Under the pieces are notes generated by a model, which had not been told where the DNA came from, did not search any database, and saw nothing but the letters and a program-made list of their open reading frames with translations. From Harriotta raleighana (taxonomy: Eukaryota), in assembly GCA_050575255.1 (NCBI GenBank), contig JBNZDD010013610.1, positions 1,472,366 to 1,536,365 on the forward strand: 64,000 bases of DNA, in the 5' to 3' direction. Numbering within the stretch: position 1 is the stretch's first letter; each line of letters starts with the position of its first letter. Of this stretch, positions 1 to 12,972 are shown in pieces. A program made the position numbers and the translations under genes.

Positions 1-3000
1 ATCTTGGGAGTTATGAAATGTTGACTGCATCAGTAATCTAGAATTCATTTTCTTTGTGGCTTGTTTTCTTTTATATTCTCATTAAGGTGAGTTTTTATTA
101 GCCGCTACTGTCACAGAGCAGATCCGTGCATATTTCTTTCATTAATCTGTCGGCTGAATCACAAAGACATCACCCTGCTCTCATGTATCATGCAACAATT
201 ATCTGCATCTCGGCTGTCAGACGACTATGGCAGCCATGCTGAGCAAAGCAGTGCTTCACATCTCTTCCCCTGAAACAATTTCAGGGTGAAACAAATGCTT
301 CAGGGCAGGCATGCCTATTCAACTGTAATGCATTTCCAACTGCAATTACCCTCATAGTCTGTCATGAAGCCAATTTCCTTCACAAGGTGCAAACGGGACA
401 TCTGTTAATGGCACAAAAGAGGAAGACGCCAGCCAGGCAGGAGCTCGACGGAAAAGGCCAGCGATAAACTTTCGTCTCAAACTTAATGCTGATTTTTTTT
501 TTCCTTTAGCGTTTAAAATGATAAACCTAAAAATTGATCAGAAAAGCTGAAATCAATGCTGCTTTGGCATTAATCGATATTGATAATGATGGGCTTCTTT
601 TATTTTTAAGAACGACTTAGAAAATGTCAATAAATCGCTTTCTGCTGCCCAAACGTTTAGTTGTAGATTTTTATGGCCTTTGCTGGTAATATATATTAAT
701 ATTTATTGTTATTTGGTAAACATTTATTGCTCGACTCTTCCATTTGAGTCGCAGGGCCTTGCAATGATGTGATGCCAGGAAGCAGAGTACCTCTTTAAAA
801 CTATGGATTGATTCTCAGTTTCCATAGTTCTTGTTTTATAGAAGCTCAACTCAATGGCAGTTCAGTAGCACAATGGTTAAGGTGCCTACTTCAAGGCTAT
901 GTGGTCATGGCTTGCAGTTCAACGCTAACTGCAAATTGAATTCTAACAGTCAGATTTGAGGTGAGCATTTTGGAGCATTTGGCCCAGGTGATTTGTGTCC
1001 AAGCTCATAATACAACAGCATCGTACCACAGTTTTGTTGCCTTTAACAAACCTCTTCCACCGAGTTGAGCTGTTGGTGTCAAAAGTCACAGAAGAGTAAG
1101 TAAAGTGCTTGTTTGCTCTCCCAAGTAGCCTGTGGCCTGTTCACCTCCACTCCCAGGTGAAGGAGGCTACGTGGAAGTGAGAGCGCAGTGTCAACAGGAA
1201 GGGGAATTGAGAAAATGTAGAGTGAAGTAAGAGGTTGAATTTCATATTGTTTCAGTGTGGAACAAATGTTCCTCTGGTTTGGTGAATGGTCAAAGACTAC
1301 TTTGTTATTTCTACTTCAAGAGTGAGAGATCCATAGTCATGGTCTTCGTGAATTATCAAATTCGATATTTGATATATTATTAAATATGAAATAATAAATT
1401 ATTATTACTAAATATGAAATTGATCCAATGGGTACTGCAGGCCAGGATTGATTCAACCTTTCTGACCTTGTCATGGGGAGATTCACACTCGTGAGCTAGT
1501 CACTGATTTTAGTTATCAGCTGACTTGTTTGGCCACATTTTTTCAACACTGTGATAATTAACACTAGCATTAATTAACACTTTACAAGTTGCAATTTTCA
1601 CCCCAGTATCTACCAGGTAACCCTGTATACCTTTGCATGTGTTGTGACAATTACTGTAGCTTGAGGTTTCAGCTGTGACCAGTGGTACGCTTAGACTGTG
1701 CAATAAACCATATAAAACAGCAAATCATGGCTTGCGCCCAAGCCTGGAAGGTAAGTCAAGGTATTCTACAAACATGTGGGGTTCAGGTTGTGACTGTGAC
1801 TCCATCAGCAACAAAGCCACCATTTAATCACAGCCTGCATTTCACCCTTACTCTTCAATAAATTAGAGCTAAGTTTTGAAGCAATTAACTGCAATCAGCC
1901 AAGAATTGCTATGAGACCGCAGTTAATTTTAATATAGTTTACCAGCAAAACTGCATTTGTTAAAGGCATAAAATTAATAAAGCCATCTTATGAACTAGTC
2001 AGATTTAAACAGAGCAGTGTATGTATATCTGTTCTTCAATTATACAGGATCATCAGAGTCTCTGTTTTACTGGGATGCACAAAGGATTTCAATGTGACAG
2101 GCCGCTGAGTCTTTCATTCTACCCCCTGGCTTGAATGTCCTCTAAAGTGCTCCTATTTATACAATAAACAATTGTGCTGTTTAATGTCTTTTCACACCAT
2201 TTTATACACTCCTCAGCATGTGAAAATGAGCAAGAAATAGTCGTACCAAAAGGAAATTGCAGGCAGTAAAATCCCTTGAAAGGGGCCTGTCAAAGCCAAA
2301 GCCATGTGCTTGTCCCAACTCTCAACAGCGGTGCTAACAAATTGCTTTTTTAATTTAGCCAATAAAGTTACCTACCTTTGCAAGCTAATATTATTAATAT
2401 TTATTAGCCAACAAAGCATTATTGAAGCATTATTTCCCATCTTCCTCACCAAAATATGCAATCTATGCTCTCTTGCACAGAACCATTTAATGGTTATTTT
2501 ACAGCTCTTAATAAGTAGTTTGGAAATTGTGTGCTGATGCTTGTCTTTACCTGTTCGTGGCTTCTCATTTGCCATGTTCGTCATTTTTTTTATATGGAGC
2601 AGTTTAATTGCTGGTGGTTTTCTTCTTTTTGTTTCGTTATAAATTTCCAATAGACCTGTGTTTTTTCCTGAAGCCCGAGGATATTGTTAGATTGTGTGAT
2701 AATGGAGTGAGGAGGTCTCTGAGAACAACAGCGAGAGACTGTATCTAATTCGCACCTCGACACAAACACATCGGAACTGACACGTCTGATTTACTACTGG
2801 ACTGTTTGACAGGTGTCAGGGCTCAACATTTACAAAACACACAGAGAATGCTGCAAATGAGAATGCACTAGTAAAATGTGAAATAATAAGACCTAATTCC
2901 AAAACAATTAACACCTCTCTGCTATGGACCACACAGTAACTTTGTTGGAAATTAATGTACTGTATATATATATTTTAAATGTTTTATATGCCCGGATCAT

Positions 3001-3419
3001 TAGCTTCTTTCCACCATTATCATACGCCTGAGGCCCGTATAATAGGAATTCACCTTCTACGGTAATATAATGTTGTTCTTTTTAAACAAAAAGAAACACA
3101 CTTGGCATTATTCCAACATGTGAACCAAATCCTGTTTGCAGAAAATTAAATGTCGCACTCAAAACCTTTCCCCTCTCTGACATATCAACAAAGAATTCCC
3201 AGCAATCAGAATCTTTTCCCAGACAACGTATAGGAAGTTCGGGGTTAGTGGACATTGTGGCAATAGGGAGACGTTTAGGAGGTAATTCTGAATCGAGAGA
3301 ACAGTTTCTTTAAGAACATATTGTACAGTAGATTCATAGAGTTTAATCTGAGGAAAATAACCTCACCAGCACATTATGTCAGCATGTGGCACTGTTCAGA
3401 TCCACACTTTCAATGCAGA

Positions 3420-3615
3420 GCAGAAGATCGCAGATTCAAATCCACACCTGTGTCCAAGCTGAACATTGGTAGTGGAGCAACAATTGACCTTGACCTTCCC
3501 CCAATACGATCCACTGACCCTCTGCATGAAGGTTTGTTGACAACAGGTTAGGAGAGGCTGAGGCTTCAGTGTGAAACTCCAACAATTTGCTAACCTGCCT
3601 CAGCACAGCTAGATG
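3420..3615 (+). mobile_element. Old degenerate SINE-like fragment
   Basis: B-box-like gattcaaatcc followed by gcaacaattgacctt..cgatccactgaccctctgc..aggagaggctgaggctt, resembling an old chondrichthyan SINE as I recall it; strongly diverged. Confidence 0.35.
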
Positions 3616-3636
3616 TCACGTTAAACAAAATACATA

Positions 3637-3890
3637 ATACTGCAGATGCTAGAAGTCTGAAACAAAAACAGAAATCGCTGGGAACACTCAACAGGTCAGG
3701 CAGCATCTATGGAGAAAGGCAAGTGAGTCAATGTTTCGGGTCCACGGCCCTTCGTCAGAAGATTCAGTCAACAACAACTTATATTTCAGAAGATGAGTTC
3801 TGACAAAAGATCGCGGACCCAAAATATTGACTCACGTTCCTTTCTACATAAATGCTGCCTGATCTGCTGAGTGTTTCCAGCGATTTCTGT
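3637..3890. mobile_element. Fold-back Penelope-like (PLE) terminal-repeat relic with decayed hammerhead ribozyme motif
   Basis: Arms 3668-3760 and 3798-3890 are 93-bp inverted repeats (14 mismatches by hand alignment). Text such as actgcagatgct..gaaacaaaaacagaaatcgctgg..caggtcaggcagcatct resembles the common chondrichthyan PLE-associated repeat. Contains CTGACGA...GAAA on the minus strand. Confidence 0.8.
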
Positions 3891-5105
3891 AGATTGTGAC
3901 ACTCATTGTCTGGGTTCCCACATTGATACTGGGGGAATAAGCAGGAAGCATCTAGAACCTGTGGAACAAAACCCCCAGCAAAGAGGACCCACATCTAGAA
4001 TAAAATCGGAGAAAACTGTTACGAATCATAATAACCCTCAATCATTGGAACTTAAAATGCTGGAAATTGTGATTCGGGCGTTTAAACTGCTTAAGATTGT
4101 GGAATTGACCAGGGAACCAGTTGAAAATATCATTCAGAAAATAGCTGCCACCCGATGGCCATCGAGAAGGCAATTGGTGCTTTTTTAACGACTTGTGTTC
4201 CTGAAAATGTAAAGAGCAATAAACGAGGCCGCATTCATGAGTTGTTAGACAGAGGTTGATTGTGCCTTGGTCAAAGGCCACAGCGTTTAGAAGCCTTGCA
4301 GAAGTAAGATGAGCATTCAAGAATAGTCCACTATCGATGACTTGATATTCCAGTCATCTGGAAATGAAGTGATCTCTGAGGAATCTCTCGGTTTTCTTGT
4401 TAACCAGCTTTGAAAGAATCATTTGGAACCAAGAAGAGTAGGAATTTCTGAGGTGCACATGTAATCCCTGGGAGACCAGAGGAGAACTGATTGAATTAGG
4501 GAAGATGATAGAACACATTTAAGATGCATTTTATTGGCTGGTCCGTTCTCATTTTCTCCCTTTTATTTTCAAAGGCTTCAGTCCAAACTCTTTTCCTTCA
4601 CTTTTTCCTTCAGCCCTGCATTTTGTACTGATCGAGATGAGAGGTGAGAATGCTGGAGAACAGAACATTGTTCTTTTTAAACATGCAATAGTGATAGTTG
4701 CAGGGAATAATCTTCCCTCCCTACCCCCAACCCTTGGACGAGTGTAGTGTTTTCATTTCCCATTTCACCCATCTCTGACCGAGATTGCCAATTTCGTGCT
4801 GAATTTGGTTTTTATGAGGTGGACACCGCTCCACTGGGAATTGCAGAAACTCATTTAATTTAGCAAGGCAAAAAGGATTCTCAGCTGCATTGCCAAATCA
4901 CTTGAGTTCAGACACCCAGACTTCATGCTGAAACACTGCTGTGCACTGGTTAGACCATGACTGGAGTGTTGCATATATATTTCTGTCCCTCACCACACTA
5001 CGGGAGCCTCAAGTTGCATTGTGTTTGTACCAATAATAACTTTTAGTATCTTCTCGGATGCAGAAAGTGAGCCATGCTAAAATTAAAGCGCATCTTTTGT
5101 AGTCA

Positions 5106-5535
5106 AATAATATTCCCTTTGTTTCATGTACCACCTTTCATCTCGGTGAGGATGTCTCACTGTAAAGTGTAGTGACTGAGTGTATTTTCCAGCTGAATGA
5201 GGCAGCTAATTTCACACGGCAATTATGCCTCACAAACTGCCATGAAATGAAAGGCCACTTTTACCTTGATGATTGTTGTCCTGGACATTCCCTTTTTATT
5301 GTGTGGTATTGCACAAATAGTAGTACTGTACCATGAGATCTTTGACATCCATCTGTACAGGCAGGAGGGATGTAATTTGGTTTCATATCTCATTCAAATG
5401 ATGGCACCTGCAACTATGCAGCACTGCCCCAGCACTGCATTGGTGTGTCATGCTTAAGTGTATGAGTTGAAAGTGCTAACGTGGGGCTTGAGCCTCCAGA
5501 CTCGGAGGTGACAAGGCTACCAGCTCAGCCAGACC
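5106..5535 (-). mobile_element. Deu-domain tRNA-SINE (SacSINE1/AmnSINE1-like), near full length
   Basis: Plus-strand text ccatgagatctttgacatccatctg..atctcattcaaatgatggcacctgcaactatgcagcactgccccagcactgcattggtgtgtca..ggggcttgagcc..ctaccagctcagcc is collinear with the copies at 36.9 kb and 55.3 kb. Confidence 0.8.
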
Positions 5536-6360
5536 AACAAATATTTTAAGGGCAGGGAGCAGGTGCATGATAAAGTGCACATTTACTTCAGGAAATGCTT
5601 GGTCTTTGTGCTTGGCTTGTAACTCATCTGCCTGTATTATATTCAAAATAATACGAGTGTGTGGTTAGGTCAATGGAAAAAAACGCTCAGACATTGAGGT
5701 GTAATTTGAACCATGGTTCCGCAAATGCTGATGTATAAGAGTTAATTAGGGATTTTTAAACATATAAATAGAGAGAATGTATAAGAAGAAAATAACTGCT
5801 CTTTATATCTTGAACATTTGGAAGGGTTTAATCCAAGTCTTGTTAATGCCAGCACAATAAGCTCCCCCAAAAAACTATTGTTTTGGCAAGAACTAAATTC
5901 TCACACAGTAAAAAAGATCTTTGGAAAAACCAAGCAAATTTCTCTGACTTTTTATTCACAGGTTGAATATTTGCTATTGATTTTTAACATTTTTTTAAAA
6001 AAAAAGCAATAAGTCCTGCAGTGTCTGCAAATTATGCAGTTGTGATTTGTTTCAGAAACTGCAAATAGCGTTGTAAATCACGTGTTTCCAATGCTTGCGT
6101 TGCATTTAAAAATGGAGCCAGCAGGATAATGACTTATTAACTCACCTGAAGTGATTTGGCGTTGATGCCAATTCTGATCAGTTGTGTGCTGCCCTGAAAT
6201 GAGATGACGCTTTGAAGCTGAATAAAGCACATGAATCTAAAGCCACTGATTAGAATTGAATCTCTGAACTGGGGTACTAAGTACTATTAAGTAGTACAGT
6301 ACTAAGTAATGAAGCATATTGTGCAACACACAGTGTATCCCCATTCTAATACCCTTCATG

Positions 6361-6440
6361 GAACCATAGAAATGTACAAAACAGGAAGAAGGCCATTCTG
6401 CCCATGGTTTCTGTGCAGGCTCTCTTAAAGAACAATCATT
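6361..6440 (-). mobile_element. CR1-type LINE 3' tail fragment
   Basis: catagaaatgtacaaaacaggaagaaggccattctgcccatggtttctgtgcaggctct; same motif as at 23417 and 49281. Confidence 0.6.
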
Positions 6441-8187
6441 TCAGTCACTAAGCACAAATTAGTTCGCTATAACGCAGGGTGGGATTTTATGTGTCACAAA
6501 CATGACCTTGTAAGGGGAGCTCCACTTTGTGATACAATACATATCCGGAAATCATAAAAAAACCATAAATAACATAAGTAGATAATTCTATCTATTAGAA
6601 GCTATCTATCATAATCCCAATTCCTTGCTCATTCACTATATTCTCTTAACATGCTTCTTCTGTATATGCCTGTCGAATGCCCTTTTAATTGCCCCCAACT
6701 TTCTTACCCATTCAAAGTTACAACTATGAAATATGCACTTAAAAAACTGCTTTGCCTCAAGAGAACGAACAGTATGAAACATGTAAACGGAGGTGAGAGG
6801 AGAAAGAAGCCAGTGTAAAAGTCACAAGTTCACATTCAACGTCCACATTGCACCGGTTACACTTGCGAAATGGCCATTAAATACCAAAGAGTGAATGCTG
6901 GAGGAGGAGGAGGAGGAACGCGAATTGTTTAGGAAATGATTATTCATGATGGCTGCAAGGCCATGCTGTGATTAAAAATCATATTGCATATTTCCAGTTG
7001 TTACGCAGGGAAAGAAAACCAAATTGAAAACCCAACAGGTTTTTTTTTCTTGTGTGTGGAATTTATTTGCCAGTACCCAAATTTGGCCCAAATCCAACCA
7101 CTTTACATTTAAATATGCCCGTTCCACTAAAGACATTAATCATCATTACTGTCAACTAGCTGTTCATTTGGCGAGAATCCCCATCCACTCCCCTCCCTTC
7201 ACAGAACGGTTAATGAGTTGGGTGGCACAAGAGCCCTGCTTCTTGGCGGTCTTTCTGTGTGCCCGAATCTGAAGGTATTATTAAAGGCGTTGAATAAAGT
7301 GGAGGAGGGTTTTAATCACCCTGAGTGTGAGGTACTGAACGCCTCCCTGTGGGGTTTATTTGCTTCACTTTGAGGCAAACTGGCAGACGACCAGATGCAT
7401 GTGAAACGGTAACAAGTATTTAGAAACTGCTGCGCACTAATTTTTTTTTGCTTATTCCACAGAAAGCTTTTTATTCAATTTAAAAAGCATTCTGCCGAGG
7501 TTAAGTCTGGGGCTGGGACAAATGAAATTTACTAACCGCTGGTGGTTCCCCGGTGAAGCTTTTGGACAGTGCATTAAACAGGCACTGGATCAGTCAGGCT
7601 CATTGGGAGCAAGTAAACCAGTTTCATTTATTGGACTACAATTGTCTAAACGACTTGGTAAATTACAGAAAACAGACATTAAACTTCATGTTAAAGCCAA
7701 GACTGAAGCAATAACTGATTCAGACAGCGCAAAAACCAGTGTAATCCTGAAATCAAATGTCAGAATAATTGCTTGTAATATATGTAGATTAGCATACTTT
7801 GTGTTTTCAGAAAGAATATATCCCAGTAATTTGTGTACAGTCTTCTATCATAACACGTCAATTATTGTATTATAGTTTTATACTACTGGTGCCATAAATC
7901 CATTGTGATGTTAGATCCCTGGTGACATCCATCTATCATGTCTTCATTATCTCCTCACTTTTTTTCTGTCTGCTTATCCTGGTGCAGGGTTGAAGTAACG
8001 GAGGCAAAAGTGCCTGGCACAAAGCAAACTCGATACTTATCCATTAATCATTATGGATTCATCTTTATTCATCCATTAATCTCCAAGAGCCGTAAACAGT
8101 GAAATTCAACAGTGACGTTTCAGTGAAATAGACTTTCACTGGCAATGTGCACGGTCTTTCCTGTTCATCTCATTCGATTTGGTCATG

Positions 8188-8585
8188 CCAGCCTGGCTCA
8201 GTCAGTAGCATTCTGACCTCTAAGTCAGGGGGGTTGTTGGTTCAAGCCGCACTTTGGGAAATTGAACTCACATAATCTGGGATGACACTTCAGTGCAGGA
8301 TTGGGGGAGCACTGTATTGCCAGAGGTGCTGTGCTTCATATCAGTTGTTAAAGATCATTATTTGGAAAGGGCAGAGAGATACTCCCAATGTTCTTGCCAA
8401 CAATTCCCCAGCACAAAGATTGGTAATTTACTTCATGGCTGTTTGTGGGTCATTTCTGTATGCAAAATTGGCTGCTAGATTCATCCACAAAATTGCAGTC
8501 ACTACACTTTACAGTACAACTAAAACGTGCGAAGCATTTTGACGTTGTGATAAGGCACTTTATAAAATGTAAGAATTATTGTTAT
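8188..8585 (+). mobile_element. Deu-domain tRNA-SINE, near full length
   Basis: A box tggctcagtcagtagc, B box ggttcaagcc, body gacacttcagtgcagg..gagcactgtattgccagaggtgc, 3' part tgtttgtgggtc..caaaattggctgc, tail gtgataaggcactttataaaatgtaag(att). Confidence 0.85.
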
Positions 8586-8659
8586 GTTAGCCCTGACACG
8601 CTGACAATCAGAAAGCAAAAACAGAGAATCATTGGCAGAATGTTACAAAGATTTATGAA

Positions 8660-8730
8660 GAATGTACAACATGGAAACAGGCCACTCAGCCCAACCAGTC
8701 CAAGCCAATGTTTATATACCACACAAGTCT
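8660..8730 (-). mobile_element. CR1-type LINE 3' tail fragment
   Basis: gtacaacatggaaacaggccactcagcccaaccagtccaagccaatgtttatataccacacaag is approximately the reverse complement of the copy at 12531-12600. Confidence 0.65.
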
Positions 8731-10007
8731 AGCGTGTTAATTTTATATAGCAACACAATCTGAAACATACAGCAGGCCAATATCAAAGAGTACAAGTCAC
8801 CCAATATCATAATTTATTCATCCGTTTTCTGGTCCCAAAGTGAAACCTATCATTATCTGCATCTTGTATGTGCTACACCTGGTACATAGCAGCTAACTCA
8901 TTGTGTCATGCGTCCGTTTGAATGCTGCATTATTACGTCTTCCGCATGCAAATGACGGCCTTCAACAAGGGAGGAAAGGTAGAATAGAAACTTTTCCTTT
9001 TATTTGAAGGAACAACTCAGGAACCATCGCTTGCAATACAACTAGGTGGCTGTGAGTTCAAGGCTGTAATTCAATCCTTGGGTTCTGCTGACATTCATAA
9101 ACTGCTCAAGCTTCACTCTTGTGGCTTATGACATCTCACAGGCCCTCGATTCAATTACAGCCTTGTGACTCACTGCCAGCTATCTATTATCCTAAAAGTA
9201 ATGCTATTTGGTAGGAATTATGATGCAATATGAAAAGTTTTATCAATATAATTTTTCTTTTTTTTCCCCATTGGAGGCCAAAGACGCTGTGTACTTTGAA
9301 CAAATGAATGGCTGCCAAGTGCACCTATCACTCTGTTGTTGGAGCTGCATTTCTGTGGGACTTGAGTTTCGTGAATATTTACTACAATTTTTTTCACCAC
9401 ATAGTTTCCACCTGGCTCAGAAGCATTGAAATTAATACAGTTTCAGGCTTTTTAAATGAACTTAGTTGGTTAGCTATTCAATAAGATACCATCCGAATGG
9501 CTTTTCAGTGATACATTTACAGAATCCAATCTGATTAAATGAATGTATTTCCAAATAAATAAACTTTGTTCTACACATTCAATTTTTCACTTCCTGACGG
9601 TTCTGAAGGCTTTGGCAATTTTATGGATAGGAAAATACAAAAACAAACTTCAAATAAGTTGATTTCAGTCCTGTGTTCATCACTCATGCTGCTTGTATTT
9701 GTTTGCAATTAACTTATATGGGGGCTCTTAATATAAGTCAGCCATGCAGGCACAAAGTCCTGAAAGCGATAGGTGAGCCAAGTAGTTTTTCCCTGTGAAT
9801 TGTCTGACCTATCCATATTATGTAGAAGATAACTTCATTTGAAGGATGAAGGGTATTGCACTTTTGCCAACATTGTTTCACTCCACTCCCTTGCCTCACA
9901 GCTCCTCAGTTCCTTTTTTTTGTATTGATATTGAAATGCATTGCTTTTCAGGATCCAGGTAATTAGATAAATAATACTAGGAATATAATCTTTGTTATAG
10001 CACCTTA

Positions 10008-10076
10008 TCCAGTGCCTTGGGACGTCCTCCCGACTTGAAAGACGTCCTATAAATGTAATTTTGTTGTTGTTATTAT
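10008..10076 (+). mobile_element. L2 LINE extreme 3' end (stem-loop plus gtt tail)
   Basis: tccagtgccttgggacgtcctcccgacttgaaagacgtcctataaatgtaattttgttgttgtt; matches the L2 ends at 31.1 and 43.9 kb. Confidence 0.75.
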
Positions 10077-12530
10077 CAAGTCTCCAAAGCATTTTTATTA
10101 TAGAGCGTAACGACTGTGTTTTCTGTATGGGATCAATGTCATCAAGAATGTTACCTACTTTATGGCTCCTACCACTCAATCTGATGTCCCATCCAATGCA
10201 GTCCCAGCTTCCATCCCCACCAACCCCACCGCCATACAACACAACACACACACTCTCAGTTCTTCGTACATTGGCTCAGAGCATTCAGCAAAACGTAACA
10301 CACAGCTTTTTTCATGAATATTAAGATAGGTGATTCCATTCTTTGACTATGCCTATCCTTAGCAAATACTTGTATTTATAAAGCTTGCTTTATTTATCTA
10401 TTTAAATATCTATTTATCTATTTCAACCTTGTGCTGAGCATAAATATGCTTCAACTATTCCTTGACTCAAGGTATGACAGCCACTCTCATCTCCATTAAA
10501 TATGCATCAGTAGATGGTGGCCTTTCTAGTTACATCAGCATACTGTCTTGCTTAGATTATAGAGTGGCACGAAATGTTTGCTTTTTGTGACAGATTATAA
10601 GAAGTGTGACAGAAAAGTACTGAGATCGGCAGATATTGAGTTTCAATGAGTATAGACTGGAGTTTAAGTTGCCATTAAGCAAATTGTCAGATGATATCTC
10701 ATATCTTTGATCTGTTCAAATTCTTCCTTCCATTTTTATTAACCTGCTAACCCAGAAATGCCCCAGAAATAGAATCTCGATATCTGAATTTGTGGAAACA
10801 TTAGGCCTTAGTGAATTCTGTTCAGGTGAGTTAATGAACCACTCATTTATTTGCTGTACCATCCTCAAGCTTTAACATTTAATACTCCCCTCTACTTTGG
10901 AAACCTTCCCAGTGTCTACATTTAGCTGTACACCACTTAAAAGCACCTACAGTTGTGAGAGTCTGTATATCACTGGAAGAATTTGCATTAAAGACAGAAA
11001 ACGCTGACTTTCACTTTGTTTCCATGTACAGTAATCACAGATGAGAAAGACTAATGATACGGCACAGCTTACAGTGATCAAAGGTGGATCAATCCGCTTT
11101 GAGGAGTAATTAACTATTTGCTAAACTTGCACAATTGATTTTCAGTTAAACTAAAGAGAGTGGTTTTAAATGAAGACCGATTTTCACGGGTCTTATTAGG
11201 GGAATGCAGAGCTGGGCAGTAGATACAGTGCATGATAAATTGGTAGCTTTTAATTGGGAGCCAAAAACGCAACAAGAAATAGATATGTAAAATCCAGTTC
11301 TGCTTACCACATTCGACAACTGATTGTTTGCTAATGCAATTATACACATAATACAGGCAAATTGATTCCTACTTTGGGGGAAAATAGATTCCCTGCAACA
11401 CAATGACTGAAAGCCACTAACCAAAAAAGCATTTTGAATTAAAGTCAGAGCCAATGTGCCAAGCAATTGGCATAAACTCTGATTTCCCCTGAACACCAGT
11501 GTGTAAATGTATCAGTTGAAGTAAATGACTCATTGGTGGTGTAATTACGTTAGGGACCAATAAGACTGGTTGAAAATCAATTCTAAGAGGCCAATGTATT
11601 TGGTAGAAATCCATGCAGCCAATTCAGTACTACATTAGTCTAGAGGGGCTCCAGCTGACCTCTGCGGGATTAGGGTTGACACTCCAGTGAGGGGTTCGTC
11701 CAGGAAAAGACAGAAGTAACAGAAGACAGTTATCTCTTCTAAATTGGATTACTACAATCCACTGTTTCAGTTTGAAATTTCTTGTGGTCAAGGATTTCTT
11801 GTCCCTGCCTCTCACTCACTCAATCTTTTGCCCACCATTATTTCCTATTGCTTTGCTGCATTTTGCAGTGACAACTCCCTCTGTGTGGCCCAAAATGTTT
11901 GCTACCAAGAGACATTGGACAAAAGACCAAGGTTTGCAGTGGAAAGTTTAAAGAGGATTTAATCCCAAATCTTTCTGAATAAACATGCCCAGTGTAAGAG
12001 GCTTTACTTCCTTTGATTTGAATTTAGTCTGGTTAACCCCGTGGGGGGCATTATTATCATATTTTCGCATGGAAGTAAAATAAATATGATGGAGGTTACT
12101 TTTTTAATTACAACTGTGACTAAATATATGCTCTGAGGTTTTAAAAGTAAATAGAATACATCAAAAAAGCTTTTAAAATCAAGGAGAAACAGAGGCAGGA
12201 AAACATCATACTTTCCAGGTTTGAAAGACGCAACGTTTGTTTATTGTGGCCGAGAACACCAAGTTAAATGGGCTTCGATACAGCTGATTGGCATAATGGA
12301 CAAAACGTTCAGTTATTTTAAATTGCACCTCTTAAGTTTGAGGGCTGACAGCTTGATATTTTGCAATCCCAAAACGAAATAGGATGCCTTATGAAAAACG
12401 TTTAGAATCAGCGTTTCTGGGGAATGTCCTCAAATTGTGGGAAAAAAACTCTGCGTCGCTGTTGTCGCCCTGCTGGACATAACTGTGGGAATCCCATCAG
12501 TACAGAGATTGCAACGGTTTAAACACAAGT

Positions 12531-12600
12531 GGGGGCTCGTGTGGAGTAACAAACACTGGTACGGACTAGTTGGGCCAAATGGGCTGCTTCCATGCTGTTA
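12531..12600 (+). mobile_element. CR1-type LINE 3' tail fragment
   Basis: ggctcgtgtggagtaacaaacactggtacggactagttgggccaaatgggctgcttccatgctgtta; typical CR1 3' UTR stem motif. Confidence 0.7.
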
Positions 12601-12764
12601 AGTTCTAGGTCAATCTATTAAAAATTCAAAAGAAAAATGCCTTTTCAGGTAATATTTACCTAACGGGATTTATCATTGCCAAAGACTGTTAACATCAATC
12701 TGAATTTCAGCCTACCTCCTTCTTATCATACCCTGTATCCTAACTACACAAACAATTTCTAGGA

Positions 12765-12972
12765 TTCAGCAGGATTTTCACTCTGTGCTTTGTGTAGGCA
12801 AATGCAGCAATCAATTTGTGCACAGCTGTGTCCAGCAAACTGACTAATTTTACTTGGGCGATGATTGGCCAGTACAAAGGGAGAAACTCCCCTCTCTTTT
12901 CAAATAGTGCCTTGGGATGTTTAATGTCCACCTGAACAGGTAGGCTGGACCTTAGTTTATTAACATCTCAGA
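12765..12972 (-). mobile_element. Deu-domain SINE internal fragment
   Basis: caatttgtgcacagc..ttggccagtacaaagggagaaactcccctctcttttcaaatagtgccttgggatgtttaatgtccacctgaacagg is the conserved Deu-SINE core. Confidence 0.8.

Noticed and set aside
268-286. Short hairpins such as ccctgaaa-caa-tttcaggg (also 55739-55754)
   Set aside because: 7-8 bp stems are expected by chance in 64 kb; rho-independent terminators do not apply to a vertebrate genome.
1362-1385. miR-190-like gatattttgatatatt
   Set aside because: The seed region mismatches and the context is AT-rich low complexity.
10506-10522. CTCF-like site tcagtagatggtggc
   Set aside because: Two mismatches to the core consensus; cannot be supported without PWM or ChIP data.
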